A stretch of DNA of 61,487 nt from Minisyncoccota bacterium (GTDB taxonomy: Bacteria > Patescibacteriota > Minisyncoccia > Phycocordibacterales > UBA9973), in NCBI GenBank assembly GCA_041664605.1, contig JBAYKO010000004.1, positions 1 to 61,487 on the forward strand, written 5' to 3'. The translations under genes and the position numbers were made by a program. This document shows positions 1-9,291 of the stretch, in pieces. The notes under the pieces are model-generated. The model was not told the DNA's origin and ran no database searches. It saw only the letters and a program-made list of their open reading frames with translations. Position 1 is the stretch's first letter; each line of letters begins with the position of its first letter.

Positions 1-645
1 AGCTTCCCATGGCATATCTGGATGAATAAAATATTCAAATTCCATAATTTCAAATTCACGCATTCTATAAACAAAATCACGGGGAGTTATTTCATTTCTA
101 AAAGCTTTACCCATTTGAGCAATACCAAATGGAATTTTTGGAGAAAAAGAATCCATAATATTTTTGAAATTTATGAACATGCTTTGAGCTTCTTCTGGGC
201 GTAGGAAAGTTTTAATTGCTGTTTCATCTGATGCTCCAACTTTAGTCTCAAGCATTAAATTAAAATTTCTAGCACTACTTAATTTTCCACCACAATCAGC
301 ACATTTTTCTTTATCTTCAATTTGATCTTCTCTAAATCTTTTTTTACACTTATCACATTCAACTATTGGATCTACAAAATTTTCAACATGGCCAGATGCT
401 TCCCAAACACGAGGATGCATTAATATCGGAGTATCAATCAAATACATATTGTCACGAGATTTTACAAAATAATTAATCCATGAATCGCGAATATTGTTTT
501 TTAAAAGTGTTCCAAGTGGTCCATAATCAAAAGTCCCAGCTAACCCACCGTAAATTTCTGACCCCGGGTAAATAAAACCACGTCTTTTACAAAGCGATAC
601 TATCTTATTCATTAAATCATTTTTATTTTCTTCTTTTTTTGCCAT
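1..645 (-). CDS. glyQS: Glycyl-tRNA synthetase, homodimeric (alpha2) type, 5' part; runs off the window edge
   Basis: Not in the ORF track. Manual translation from ATG at 645 gives MAKKEENKNDLMNKIVSLCKRRGFIYPGSEIYGGLAGTFDYGPLG...LRPEEAQSMF...FGIAQMGKAFRNEITPR, which contains class II GlyRS motifs. Confidence 0.95.
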   Translation of the reverse strand, partial: MAKKEENKNDLMNKIVSLCKRRGFIYPGSEIYGGLAGTFDYGPLGTLLKNNIRDSWINYFVKSRDNMYLIDTPILMHPRVWEASGHVENFVDPIVECDKCKKRFREDQIEDKEKCADCGGKLSSARNFNLMLETKVGASDETAIKTFLRPEEAQSMFINFKNIMDSFSPKIPFGIAQMGKAFRNEITPRDFVYRMREFEIMEFEYFIHPDMPWEA

Positions 646-646
646 A

Positions 647-2581
647 TTATTGAACAACAGTTTCATTTCCTAAAACATAATTATTATCATGTATTAATTT
701 TGTGGTTAATTGAGAAGTTGTGCTTTCATTAGTTATATTTGTATAAGTATCAAAACCAGTTAATTTGGTTTGATATATCAAAACCGGCGCTGTTCCGACC
801 TGACTTAATGATGGCAATAATTCAATCTGGAAAGCAACTTCTTTTTCATCACCTGTTAGACCAGCACCTCTTTTAACATTTCCTATTTTCCAAACAACTT
901 CTCTTGTGCCACTGTCATAAGTAACATTTTCAGAAGCAGGTGTTACTCCTCCAACCCAATCAACATAGATCGGTAATAACGCCCTTGCTTCTGCTTGAGA
1001 AACTATGTTTGCTGAATTTGTAACAGACCAAACTATTGTATAAGTTGTTTTACTTCCTACTTTTGGAGGAATTGGCCCAGAATTATTTATTGGACCAGTA
1101 AAATAAAGTGACTGCCCAACAATTTTCAAATCAGAATTTATTTTTATTGTTTTACTTTGGAAATCATTAACTTCAGAAGATGCCCCGCCTTCACCAGATT
1201 GTTTTCCTTTAATACTTACTTCAACTACAATATTTGGATTTTCTATGAGCTTTGATCCAGACAAAAGTGGTAATGATGAAAAACGGAAACTCAGGCTACC
1301 TTTTTCTCCTGGGTCTATAGAAGTAAAATCACTTTCTGTATTTTTGTCCCAAATAATTTCATTCGTCGTAGAATTATAAAATCCTCCTGATGGAACAATA
1401 GATGATTCATCAATCGCATTGCCAGAGAATTTTGCAGTGACAACAACATCAGAAACCGCAACTGATAAATTATTTGACCATTTTACAACACCCCCAATTT
1501 CAGAATTACCATCAGCAGTGTAATCATTTTTATCTTCCCCGTTTATTAAAATCTGAGTCTCTAAGAATGGTTTTTCTAACTTCACTGTATGGATTAAAGA
1601 ACTATAAGGGACAGCAATCGTGGATTGATCGTTGCCTTTTTGTTCTCCTGTATAAACATGAAATGACTTCTCTTCACCAGCTGTCCCAACAACAATTCCT
1701 TTAATAGAAATATTTTTTTCAGACCCAGCCGAAAGATCTCCTAATGCCCATGTATTATTTCCGAGAGAAGTTTTTGGCTCTGCACTATCAAATTGAAAAC
1801 CTGGAGGATATATAACTTTCAAAATTACACCCTTGGCTGTTTTTTCTGCATTGAATGTTGTTTTTATTTTAAAATTAATTTCTTGACCTGGAGTCATTGA
1901 TGTTGGAGCATCAACCAAAAGAGAAAGTGGTGCAGAATTTATATTTACAGAATAAACTTTCTTTTTTACAAAAATAGCATTCGAACCTTGAAGTCTATAT
2001 TCTAAAGAAATATTTATATCTTTTATACTTCCTTGTTCACCAAATAAAACTAATTTTAAGTTTTCGTGAATTGTCTCACCCGCTTTAATTCCACCAATAG
2101 ATCTTCTCATTCTTTCATAATCTATATTTCCGTCGCTTCCTGTACCTTTGGCATATTCTACTAGTAAGTCACTTAGTTCAAGTGGTGAGCTATTTTTATT
2201 TGTTATTTCAATTTGAAGAGGTAATTCTTCCCCACCAGCAGTAAAGGCATTTCCTAAAATAGATATATCAATATTTTCATCTGAAACAGTAGTAGAACCT
2301 CTAAAAAGAGATACGCCAACAAAAATTAAAGACAAAGCAAAAAACCCAATTGAAAAGATAAAAAATTTTTTAAAAAGACTATTGTTTGAGCTACTTTTTT
2401 TCACTTCATTTACTATTTTTTGACCGGAATCTTTCCAGCTAGTTGGAACTGACAAAGAAACTTGTCTTAAAATTCCCTTTTTTCTCTTAGGTAAAATTTC
2501 TTGATTACTACTGTATAGTTTTTTATTTAAATCTTCGATTTTATCGGTTTCGTTTTGATTTTCTCCACTTAGATCAAGCAT
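647..2581 (-). CDS. Membrane-anchored hypothetical protein with repeated Ig-like (DUF11-like) beta-sandwich domains, CPR-type
   Basis: One N-terminal TM helix (FFIFSIGFFALSLIFVGVSL), then beta-rich repeats (W.LGDL..G.E, IIWD, VVWKIG). The start is supported by an extended -10 box 6 nt upstream. Confidence 0.7.
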   Translation of the reverse strand: MLDLSGENQNETDKIEDLNKKLYSSNQEILPKRKKGILRQVSLSVPTSWKDSGQKIVNEVKKSSSNNSLFKKFFIFSIGFFALSLIFVGVSLFRGSTTVSDENIDISILGNAFTAGGEELPLQIEITNKNSSPLELSDLLVEYAKGTGSDGNIDYERMRRSIGGIKAGETIHENLKLVLFGEQGSIKDINISLEYRLQGSNAIFVKKKVYSVNINSAPLSLLVDAPTSMTPGQEINFKIKTTFNAEKTAKGVILKVIYPPGFQFDSAEPKTSLGNNTWALGDLSAGSEKNISIKGIVVGTAGEEKSFHVYTGEQKGNDQSTIAVPYSSLIHTVKLEKPFLETQILINGEDKNDYTADGNSEIGGVVKWSNNLSVAVSDVVVTAKFSGNAIDESSIVPSGGFYNSTTNEIIWDKNTESDFTSIDPGEKGSLSFRFSSLPLLSGSKLIENPNIVVEVSIKGKQSGEGGASSEVNDFQSKTIKINSDLKIVGQSLYFTGPINNSGPIPPKVGSKTTYTIVWSVTNSANIVSQAEARALLPIYVDWVGGVTPASENVTYDSGTREVVWKIGNVKRGAGLTGDEKEVAFQIELLPSLSQVGTAPVLIYQTKLTGFDTYTNITNESTTSQLTTKLIHDNNYVLGNETVVQ

Positions 2582-2595
2582 TCTAGAATTATATC

Positions 2596-2672
2596 ACCCT
2601 GTAGTGAATTTTGGAAAAGTATAAAATACAATCTGATTAAGATCAGATTATTTCCAAAATCTACTACAGGGT
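2596..2672. repeat. Inverted-repeat element, GTAGTGA/CTACTAC family, copy 1
   Basis: Arms accctgtagtgaattttggaaa and tttccaaaatctactacagggt (22 bp, 2 mismatches), with an inner hairpin aatctgat-taag-atcagatt. Confidence 0.8.
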
Positions 2673-2733
2673 ATCATAAAAATATAGCTTCTTAAACAGA
2701 AATATGACTACTTTTAGTTTCTTTTCTTTGCTA

Positions 2734-2782
2734 TTGACAAAAGCTTTAAATAATGTAAAATGGAGCTAGAATAAGTAAATTT
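2734..2782 (+). promoter_or_regulatory. sigma70-type promoter with AGAA leader motif
   Basis: TTGACA-16-TAAAAT followed by ggaGCTAGAATAAGTAAATTT. Confidence 0.7.
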
Positions 2783-2795
2783 AAAACAGCCCAAA

Positions 2796-3404
2796 ATGAA
2801 AAAGTTAGTTGTAATTTTAATACTATTAGTTAGCACTAATTCACTAAATGCCCAATGGGGCAATCTGACAGACAGTCTACGGACTGCTTATCAAAAAGAA
2901 ACCCATAAACTTGTGATCAAAATTGTTGACACCTTTGAAGTTAAATACTATTACCCTGCAATGGCATTAGATACCAGTTTTGCTACGGATACTTCTTTGA
3001 CTAATGATAGTATTTTTGGATTCTGTCGGGCAACAAGTGAGGAAAACACCTCAAAAAAAAGTGTGGAGATATCACTTTTAACTGTCCCCGGCTATACGGC
3101 CGACCTAACTAAGGCAGTTATAAAAGCCAAACAATTAGGATATAGACCTGCCACTATTGAAGAACTGCTTTTGATAAAAGACAAAGATTTATTATCTGTA
3201 GATAAAAATATGGAAATAATCTTAGCCCCAATGTCGGGAGCAGCAAAAATTAGTAATGAGGAAGAAGATAGAGGGCAAACAATCTACGGGATCCTATGTT
3301 TAAAACTGAATCCCGCCACAAAGAAGTTTTATGTCGATATTAAGGAAGGATGCGGATTTTACATCTTTCCTGAAGTCGCCATATGTGTAGTGAAAGAGTT
3401 GTGA
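2796..3404 (+). CDS. Secreted hypothetical protein
   Basis: Signal peptide MKKLVVILILLVSTNSLNA|Q, a GYRPATIEELL motif, and its own promoter and terminator. Confidence 0.7.
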   Translation: MKKLVVILILLVSTNSLNAQWGNLTDSLRTAYQKETHKLVIKIVDTFEVKYYYPAMALDTSFATDTSLTNDSIFGFCRATSEENTSKKSVEISLLTVPGYTADLTKAVIKAKQLGYRPATIEELLLIKDKDLLSVDKNMEIILAPMSGAAKISNEEEDRGQTIYGILCLKLNPATKKFYVDIKEGCGFYIFPEVAICVVKEL

Positions 3405-3423
3405 GCGATGACACACTCTTTCC

Positions 3424-3449
3424 AAAAACCCGGAGCAATCCGGGTTTTC
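3424..3449 (+). terminator. Intrinsic terminator
   Basis: aaaaacccgga-gcaa-tccgggtttt directly after the stop codon. Confidence 0.8.
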
Positions 3450-3455
3450 TATTTT

Positions 3456-3589
3456 CCCCCACACCCACTTTGTCATTGCTTTTTATTCTGCTAATAAAAT
3501 TTGTTAACCAATCCTATTTCTTGAGAATAATTTTAATAAAAATAGTTTTATATTGAAAAAGCAGAATAATGACAAAGTGGGTGTGGGGG
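3456..3589. repeat. MITE/REP-like element with perfect 22-bp terminal inverted repeats
   Basis: cccccacacccactttgtcatt (3456-3477) and aatgacaaagtgggtgtggggg (3568-3589), plus an inner tattctgct/agcagaata pair. Confidence 0.8.
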
Positions 3590-3594
3590 TTTTT

Positions 3595-3630
3595 AACTAT
3601 TCTACAATTCTATAGAATTGTAGAATAGTT
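3595..3630. repeat. Perfect 36-bp palindrome
   Basis: aactattctacaattcta|tagaattgtagaatagtt, immediately beyond the recO stop. Confidence 0.85.
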
Positions 3631-3631
3631 T

Positions 3632-4216
3632 TTATAGCTGGGTTTCTTGTAGAGATTTATTTATTTCTAAAATTAAACTTCTTTTTTTTAATTCTACCTC
3701 TTCTATTAAATTTTTATTTATTAGAGAATCAACAAAAACAGATGAACCATTTTTATTATCTAAATATCCTAAATAAAAAAGTGTTTTTAAAACGAGAATT
3801 ATCTCTAATCCCCCCAATTCCTTTTCATTTAAATTTTCTTTTTCTAAAAAATTAAACCCTTCGATTAATTTTTCAAAAAGTTCTTCATTTTTTTCTTCTC
3901 CATGGCAAAGTCTTTTTAGTAATTTAAATATTTTAGCGACGAGTAAAAATTTCTTTTCATCTTTTACTAAATTTTCTAATAAAACCAATTTCTCGGCATT
4001 AGTAATACGCCAAAAATCTTTCCCTCTAACTATATCAATTTTAGAATAGGAAAAATCTTGAAGACTAAACTTTAGTTTGGAGGATGTTTTTCTAATACCT
4101 TGAGCAAAGACGCTTATCATCCCAAAATCACGAGTGAATATATTTATGAATTTATTAGCTTCGCCAAGATTGTTACCTGAGACTATAAATCCCTCTGTAT
4201 GGTAAATATGATGCAT
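3632..4216 (-). CDS. recO: DNA repair protein RecO
   Basis: N-terminal OB-fold pattern TEGFIV...GEANKFINIFTRDFGMISVFAQGIRK..SKLKFSLQ. Confidence 0.85.
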   Translation of the reverse strand: MHHIYHTEGFIVSGNNLGEANKFINIFTRDFGMISVFAQGIRKTSSKLKFSLQDFSYSKIDIVRGKDFWRITNAEKLVLLENLVKDEKKFLLVAKIFKLLKRLCHGEEKNEELFEKLIEGFNFLEKENLNEKELGGLEIILVLKTLFYLGYLDNKNGSSVFVDSLINKNLIEEVELKKRSLILEINKSLQETQL

Positions 4217-4221
4217 GATGA

Positions 4222-4250
4222 ATTAGGTTATAGGTTTTAGGGAATAGGTT
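4222..4250 (-). repeat. Period-7 array before the recO start
   Basis: Minus strand aacctat tccctaa aacctat aacctaa t, then tcatc ATG. Confidence 0.7.
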
Positions 4251-4261
4251 AAAGTAGAAAA

Positions 4262-7200
4262 TTAATTTTTTTTGATACTAATCTTAAATTCTAGATTATC
4301 AATTTTTACCTCCCTAAACGCTTCTTTAGAAGCGTCGGGCGATCCAGCTTCACTGGATTTAGCTTGCCCATCTGGTATACTTTCGAATTTTATTTCATTT
4401 ATAAAAGCTGATTTTTTAAGAGATTGTTCAAATTTTTGAATTAAATCTTTTCCATTTTCTGTTTCAATAAATAAAACAATAGTGTCTCCTGTTGTTAAGT
4501 TTTCTTTCTTTCTTAATTCCTGAACTTCACGGAAAAATTCACGATACAGTCCTTCTTGTTTTAGTTCTTCTGTAATTTCTGTGTCCAAAACTAAATCATT
4601 TTCTATTTTGTCATCCAAAACAACTTCTTTAACATTCATCTCATCTTTAATTAATTCTAAATATCCATTTGATAACTTTCCGTTTTCCATTTTTAACTTA
4701 AGCGAAGCGAGTGGCTGTTTAACTTTTATTCCAGCTTTTGTTCTAACATCAAGACCTTGAGAAACAATTTCTCTTGTCTTTTGCATATCTTCTATTGTTT
4801 TTTCATTTATTTCCCCTGCCTTTGACCAATCCTCTAAATGCACACTTTCTTTTCCATCAGTGCCCTTCACTTTTTGATAAATTTCTTCAGCAATAAATGG
4901 AGTAAGTGGAGCCATTAATTTTGAAAGTTCAAGTAAAATAAATTTAGTTGTAGCCATGGCGGAGTTTTTATCCTTTTCGTCACCACCTTTAAATCTATCG
5001 CGAGAACGACGAATATACCATTGAGAAAAATCTAAGATAAAATCTCTGGTATTTCTAGATGGTTCAAGTAAATGATAAGTATCTAGGTGCACTGTTGTGT
5101 CCTTAAGAAGTTTATTAAATTTTGTAATTATCCATTTATCTAAAACATTTTCTGATTTTAAAGCTAATCCTAAATCAACATCTTCGCTTGGAAACATTTC
5201 ATAAAACTTCACGATGTTGTTTAAAATGTTAAAAGTTTTTTTAACTACTTCGTCGACAGTTTTTTCATCGAAATTTTTTGAATCCCCTGCTTGGTTGACA
5301 CTATACATCCAAAATCTTAAAGCATCAACTCCATATTTATCCATCATTATCCATGGGTCAACAACGTTGCCGATATGTTTAGACATTTTTTTACCTTTTT
5401 CGTCGAGTAAATGACCAAGACAAATAACGTTTTTATAAGCTTTACCTTTTCCAACTAAAACTCCTATCGCATGGAGTGTATAAAACCAACCACGAGTCTG
5501 GTCTATGGCTTCAGAAATAAAATCTGCTGGATACCCACCTCCGTCAATCCACTCTTTGTTCTCAAATGGATAATGGTCTTGTGCAAATGGCATGGCTCCT
5601 GAATCGAACCAAACATCTAAAACTTCTTTTTCTCGAATCATTTTTCCTCCACAAGAAGAACAGAGGATTTCAAAATCATCGATATATGGTTTATGAATAT
5701 CTAATTCAAAATCATCATTGTGTGGAATTGGAATAAAATTATATTCTTGAAAATCCCCAAAACTGACAATTTCTTCTTGCCAATTTTTCCAAGTTGTCAG
5801 AGCGTCATCTCCATTTAAAATTGATGGTAAAAGTTCAAAAGCGATTCCGTGAGAAACAAATAAAATATTTTCATTTTGAAATTTTCTATCTATGTCATAA
5901 AGAAATTCTGAAATACGCTTTTTTGCGTCATAACAAGATTCGCCACCTTTTGGTGCTGTGAAAAAATCTTCTTTTTCTTTTTGCCACTTATTAAATTCTG
6001 ATTTTGGTTTTCCATTAAATTCTCCAAAATTATATTCATGTAATCTTTCATCAATGATTATTTGATCTTCTGGAAAACCAATAATACTAGCAACAATTTT
6101 TGCTGTTTCTTTTGTCCTTACAAATGGAGAAATAATTATTTTGGTAATATTTTTTTCCTTCAATTTTTCTGCCATTTCCTTAACATGAGCTATTCCATTT
6201 TCAGTTAAATGATGAGGAAAATCAGCAACACCACTACATACATTTAAAACATTGTGCTCCCCTTGCCCGTGTCTCATCCCAAAATATTTATTCCCTGATT
6301 TTTTTGTTCTTTGTTTTAAATCATCCACACTGCCAAGAACCTCCATTTTTTTACACTTCTCACAATTCCAAACAGGAAGTGGTGTTCCCCAATATCTCTC
6401 ACGGGAAATTGCCCAATCCTTTATGTCTCTTAACCATTCACCAAATCTTCCATCTTTAATATATTCTGGTTCCCAATTTATTCCTTCATTCTCTTTTACT
6501 AATTTATCACGAAGTTCTGTCATTCTGATATACCAGGAATCACGGGCATAATAAATTAAAGCTGTGTGGCAACGCCAACAGTGTGGATATGAGTGTTCAT
6601 ATTTTTCTTTTTTAAACAATAAGTTTCTTGAAGCTAAATCTTTTATTACATCAACCGCAACATCTTCATCTCTGACAAATCTTCCTTCCAAAAAACCAGT
6701 TCCAGTTAAAAATTTTCCATCAAGACCAACTAGGTGATGTTTTGGTAATCCTATTTTTGTTCCTAGTTCAAAATCATCTTGTCCATACATCACAGCTGTG
6801 TGCACAACACCGGTTCCATCTTCTGTAGTTACAAAATTTGCCGGATAAATCTTATAAGCTTTATTTAATTTTTCTTTTTCTGGACCAGAAATTGTCTCAT
6901 TTAAAAAATGATATAATGGTTCATATTCCAAACCTAAATTTATAAGGTCTTTACCCTTTATTTCTTCAATAATTTTGTATTCACCATCAATTACAGAAAG
7001 TCTTGCTTTTGCAAGAATAAAAAATTCCCCACTAATTTCAATTTTTACATAATCAATATTTTCTCCAACAGCAAGTGTAATGTTCCCCGGCAAAGTCCAT
7101 GGAGTCGTTGTCCAAGCTAAAATATATTCATTTTCTTTTCCTTTAATCTTAAATTTCACATAAACGGAAAGATCTTTTACATTTTCATAACCTTGAGCAA

Positions 7201-7777
7201 GTTCATGAGAAGAAAGTCCCGTACCACAACGTGGACACCACGGAACAATTTTGTAATCTTTGAAGAGTAAATTTTGATCATTAACTTTTTTTATAACAGC
7301 CCAAACAGATTCCATAAAAGATGCCTTATAAGTAATGTATGGATTTTCTTGGTCCAACCAAAATCCCATGCGGGTAGTAAACTCATTCCATTCAGTTAAA
7401 TATTTCCAAACACTTTCTTTACATTTTTTATTAAATTCGGCTATCCCATAATCTTCAATTTCTTTTTTTGATTTTAAACCAAGTTCTTTTTCTACTTGAA
7501 GTTCAACAGGAAGCCCGTGGGTATCCCAGCCAGCTTTTCTTCTAACATGAAAACCTTGCATTGTTTTATAACGAGGAAGAACATCCTTGAAGGCTCGAGC
7601 CTCAAAGTGGTGAATTCCTGGGTGACCATTTGCAGTTGGGGGACCTTCAAAGAAAACAAACTCTCCTTTTGGAGATTTCTTTTCTAGGCTTTTTTCGAAA
7701 ATTTTATTTTCTTGCCAAAACTTAAGAATTTTCTCTTCGTTTAAAGCAAGTTCTGATTTACCTACGTTTTCATCCAT
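4262..7777 (-). CDS. ileS: Isoleucyl-tRNA synthetase, type 2, with GXHH signature and an inserted histidine phosphatase domain
   Basis: GPPTANGHPGIHH, GWDTHGLPVE, WTTTPWTLPGN, DWAISRERYWGTPLP, DQTRGWFY, KMSKH. Insert RHGQGEHN...SPFVRT...LHE...SHG. Confidence 0.97.
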   Translation of the reverse strand: MDENVGKSELALNEEKILKFWQENKIFEKSLEKKSPKGEFVFFEGPPTANGHPGIHHFEARAFKDVLPRYKTMQGFHVRRKAGWDTHGLPVELQVEKELGLKSKKEIEDYGIAEFNKKCKESVWKYLTEWNEFTTRMGFWLDQENPYITYKASFMESVWAVIKKVNDQNLLFKDYKIVPWCPRCGTGLSSHELAQGYENVKDLSVYVKFKIKGKENEYILAWTTTPWTLPGNITLAVGENIDYVKIEISGEFFILAKARLSVIDGEYKIIEEIKGKDLINLGLEYEPLYHFLNETISGPEKEKLNKAYKIYPANFVTTEDGTGVVHTAVMYGQDDFELGTKIGLPKHHLVGLDGKFLTGTGFLEGRFVRDEDVAVDVIKDLASRNLLFKKEKYEHSYPHCWRCHTALIYYARDSWYIRMTELRDKLVKENEGINWEPEYIKDGRFGEWLRDIKDWAISRERYWGTPLPVWNCEKCKKMEVLGSVDDLKQRTKKSGNKYFGMRHGQGEHNVLNVCSGVADFPHHLTENGIAHVKEMAEKLKEKNITKIIISPFVRTKETAKIVASIIGFPEDQIIIDERLHEYNFGEFNGKPKSEFNKWQKEKEDFFTAPKGGESCYDAKKRISEFLYDIDRKFQNENILFVSHGIAFELLPSILNGDDALTTWKNWQEEIVSFGDFQEYNFIPIPHNDDFELDIHKPYIDDFEILCSSCGGKMIREKEVLDVWFDSGAMPFAQDHYPFENKEWIDGGGYPADFISEAIDQTRGWFYTLHAIGVLVGKGKAYKNVICLGHLLDEKGKKMSKHIGNVVDPWIMMDKYGVDALRFWMYSVNQAGDSKNFDEKTVDEVVKKTFNILNNIVKFYEMFPSEDVDLGLALKSENVLDKWIITKFNKLLKDTTVHLDTYHLLEPSRNTRDFILDFSQWYIRRSRDRFKGGDEKDKNSAMATTKFILLELSKLMAPLTPFIAEEIYQKVKGTDGKESVHLEDWSKAGEINEKTIEDMQKTREIVSQGLDVRTKAGIKVKQPLASLKLKMENGKLSNGYLELIKDEMNVKEVVLDDKIENDLVLDTEITEELKQEGLYREFFREVQELRKKENLTTGDTIVLFIETENGKDLIQKFEQSLKKSAFINEIKFESIPDGQAKSSEAGSPDASKEAFREVKIDNLEFKISIKKN
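4319..4357. repeat. Two-hairpin element inserted in frame near the ileS 3' end
   Basis: cgcttct-tt-agaagcg and tccag-cttca-ctgga; encodes part of SSEAGSPDASKEA; locally GC-rich. Confidence 0.65.
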
Positions 7778-7814
7778 AATATCTATATTTATAACATAAA
7801 ATTAACCATAAAAA

Positions 7815-7834
7815 AATGGCCCCGAAATGGGGCC
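7815..7834 (-). terminator. Hairpin terminator of paralog cassette 1
   Basis: ggcccc-gaaat-ggggcc with an A run on the plus strand (U-tract on the minus strand). Confidence 0.7.
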
Positions 7835-7852
7835 TGAAAAAGATAAATATTT

Positions 7853-8215
7853 TTAAAGATTTTTTTTTGGAATTATTTTCTTGAAATCAACATTGTCGAA
7901 GAGTTCATATATCTCCTCTTCTGAATAGCCTTTTTTCACTAGTTGATTCACTAATGCCCAGTAAAATACAAAAACTCTTCTTAGATCAATATTTGAAAGA
8001 AGTGTTGGAACCATACTAGGCACAAAACCAATTTTTCGTTTTAATTTTTTTGTGGGTTTTTCTGGATTAGTACTTTTGGAGATTAATTCAACAACAGCAG
8101 AAATAAAGCTTGGTGATTTAAGTTGTTTTTCTATTTCCTGAAAAGAGTTATCTTTTTCCCTTAACTCTTTTATTATTTCGTATATAAATATGAATGAAAA
8201 AAATATATTTTTCAT
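7853..8215 (-). CDS. Hypothetical protein, tandem paralog 1 of 3
   Basis: Shares MKN...F..I..II.EL and IDL...F......L.KK.YS...I..L.D..DF..IIP with the next two ORFs. Confidence 0.8.
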   Translation of the reverse strand: MKNIFFSFIFIYEIIKELREKDNSFQEIEKQLKSPSFISAVVELISKSTNPEKPTKKLKRKIGFVPSMVPTLLSNIDLRRVFVFYWALVNQLVKKGYSEEEIYELFDNVDFKKIIPKKNL

Positions 8216-8230
8216 AAGAACTTTTTTATT

Positions 8231-8271
8231 ATTTCTGACAAGACACTAACAAAAAACAAAGATTTTGTCAA
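8231..8271 (-). promoter_or_regulatory. sigma70 promoter, cassette 1
   Basis: TTGACA-17-TAGTGT, then cttGTCAGAAAT. Confidence 0.75.
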
Positions 8272-8273
8272 AT

Positions 8274-8304
8274 AAAAAAATGACCCCGCGGTGGGGTCAT
8301 TTTT
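8274..8304 (-). terminator. Terminator of cassette 2
   Basis: aaaaaaatgacccc-gcggt-ggggtcattttt. Confidence 0.8.
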
Positions 8305-8322
8305 ATGAAACTATACAAGGAA

Positions 8323-8706
8323 TCACCTGGGTAATCTTTTAGGGATAATCGAAGAGAAATCTTCAATGTCAAGCAATTTCCAGATATAATCATCTGAATA
8401 ATTTTTTGTCTTTTTTAGCACTCCAAAAATAGAGTTTAGAAAGAAAAAAGCGTTGGCAAGATCAATTCCGTACAGATTATCAAAGTCTACACTAGCAACA
8501 CTTTTGCGAGAATTATGTCTTCTGACTGATTCTTCTTTTTCATTATTACCATTAATAGTAATAAGGAGTGAGACATCACTAATGAATCTTTTGTCTGTCA
8601 GTAAACGAGGATTAATTACAGATTTTTTTATTTCTCTTTTTTGAAGTTCCTTGATTATTCCATTAAGAAAAATGAGTGCAAAAAATACATCTTTTTTATT
8701 CTTCAT
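8323..8706 (-). CDS. Hypothetical protein, tandem paralog 2 of 3
   Basis: ...GIDLANAFFFLNSIFGVLKKTKNYSDDYIWKLLDIEDFSSIIPKR. Confidence 0.8.
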   Translation of the reverse strand: MKNKKDVFFALIFLNGIIKELQKREIKKSVINPRLLTDKRFISDVSLLITINGNNEKEESVRRHNSRKSVASVDFDNLYGIDLANAFFFLNSIFGVLKKTKNYSDDYIWKLLDIEDFSSIIPKRLPR

Positions 8707-8721
8707 AAGGTACCGATTTAG

Positions 8722-8764
8722 TTATTTCTGACTAGACATTAACAAAAGGTAGTAAATTTGTCAA
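8722..8764 (-). promoter_or_regulatory. sigma70 promoter, cassette 2
   Basis: TTGACA-17-TAATGT, then ctaGTCAGAAATAA. Confidence 0.75.
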
Positions 8765-8778
8765 ATATAAAAATCAAC

Positions 8779-8808
8779 AAAAAATGGCCCTGTTTGTGGA
8801 CCATTTTT
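8779..8808 (-). terminator. Terminator of cassette 3
   Basis: aaaaaatggccc-tgtttgt-ggaccattttt (imperfect). Confidence 0.6.
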
Positions 8809-8824
8809 GAGAATGAAATAATAA

Positions 8825-9223
8825 TTATTCATCGGTAACAAAAACTGATAAGTCATCAGGAATGATTGATGAGAAATCATCAATATCCATTAATTTACAA
8901 ATATAATCATCCTTATAACTTTTCTTCTTTAATACTGATATTACATCATAAAGAAATTTGAAGGCATATTGGAAATTAACCCCATCAAAAGCGTTGAAGC
9001 AAGCTGGGAAGCAACTTTTATCAAAATTATTAATTTTTTTGATTTTTTCTTTTGACTTTTGATTCCAATCTCTGGAAGATATCATATCTGCTACAGCCAT
9101 ATAAAATGTTTCGTCCGTTGTGGACAAAAAAAGTTTATGGATTTCTTCAATTTTTTTACCTCTAATTTTAAGCTCTCTTATAACTCGAGCCAGAAAAGCG
9201 AAACCTAATACCATATTTTTCAT
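8825..9223 (-). CDS. Hypothetical protein, tandem paralog 3 of 3 (start revised from 9331 to 9223)
   Basis: MKNMVLGFAFLARVIREL aligns with the paralog starts. The longer ORF would run through its own promoter and the argS terminator. Confidence 0.8.
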   Translation of the reverse strand: MKNMVLGFAFLARVIRELKIRGKKIEEIHKLFLSTTDETFYMAVADMISSRDWNQKSKEKIKKINNFDKSCFPACFNAFDGVNFQYAFKFLYDVISVLKKKSYKDDYICKLMDIDDFSSIIPDDLSVFVTDE

Positions 9224-9240
9224 AAGAACTAATTTAAGAA

Positions 9241-9280
9241 TTTCTAACAAAATCTTACAAAAAGAGATGTGTTTTGTCAA
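9241..9280 (-). promoter_or_regulatory. sigma70 promoter, cassette 3
   Basis: TTGACA-17-TAAGAT, then tttGTTAGAAA. Confidence 0.75.
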
Positions 9281-9291
9281 ATAGAACAAAA

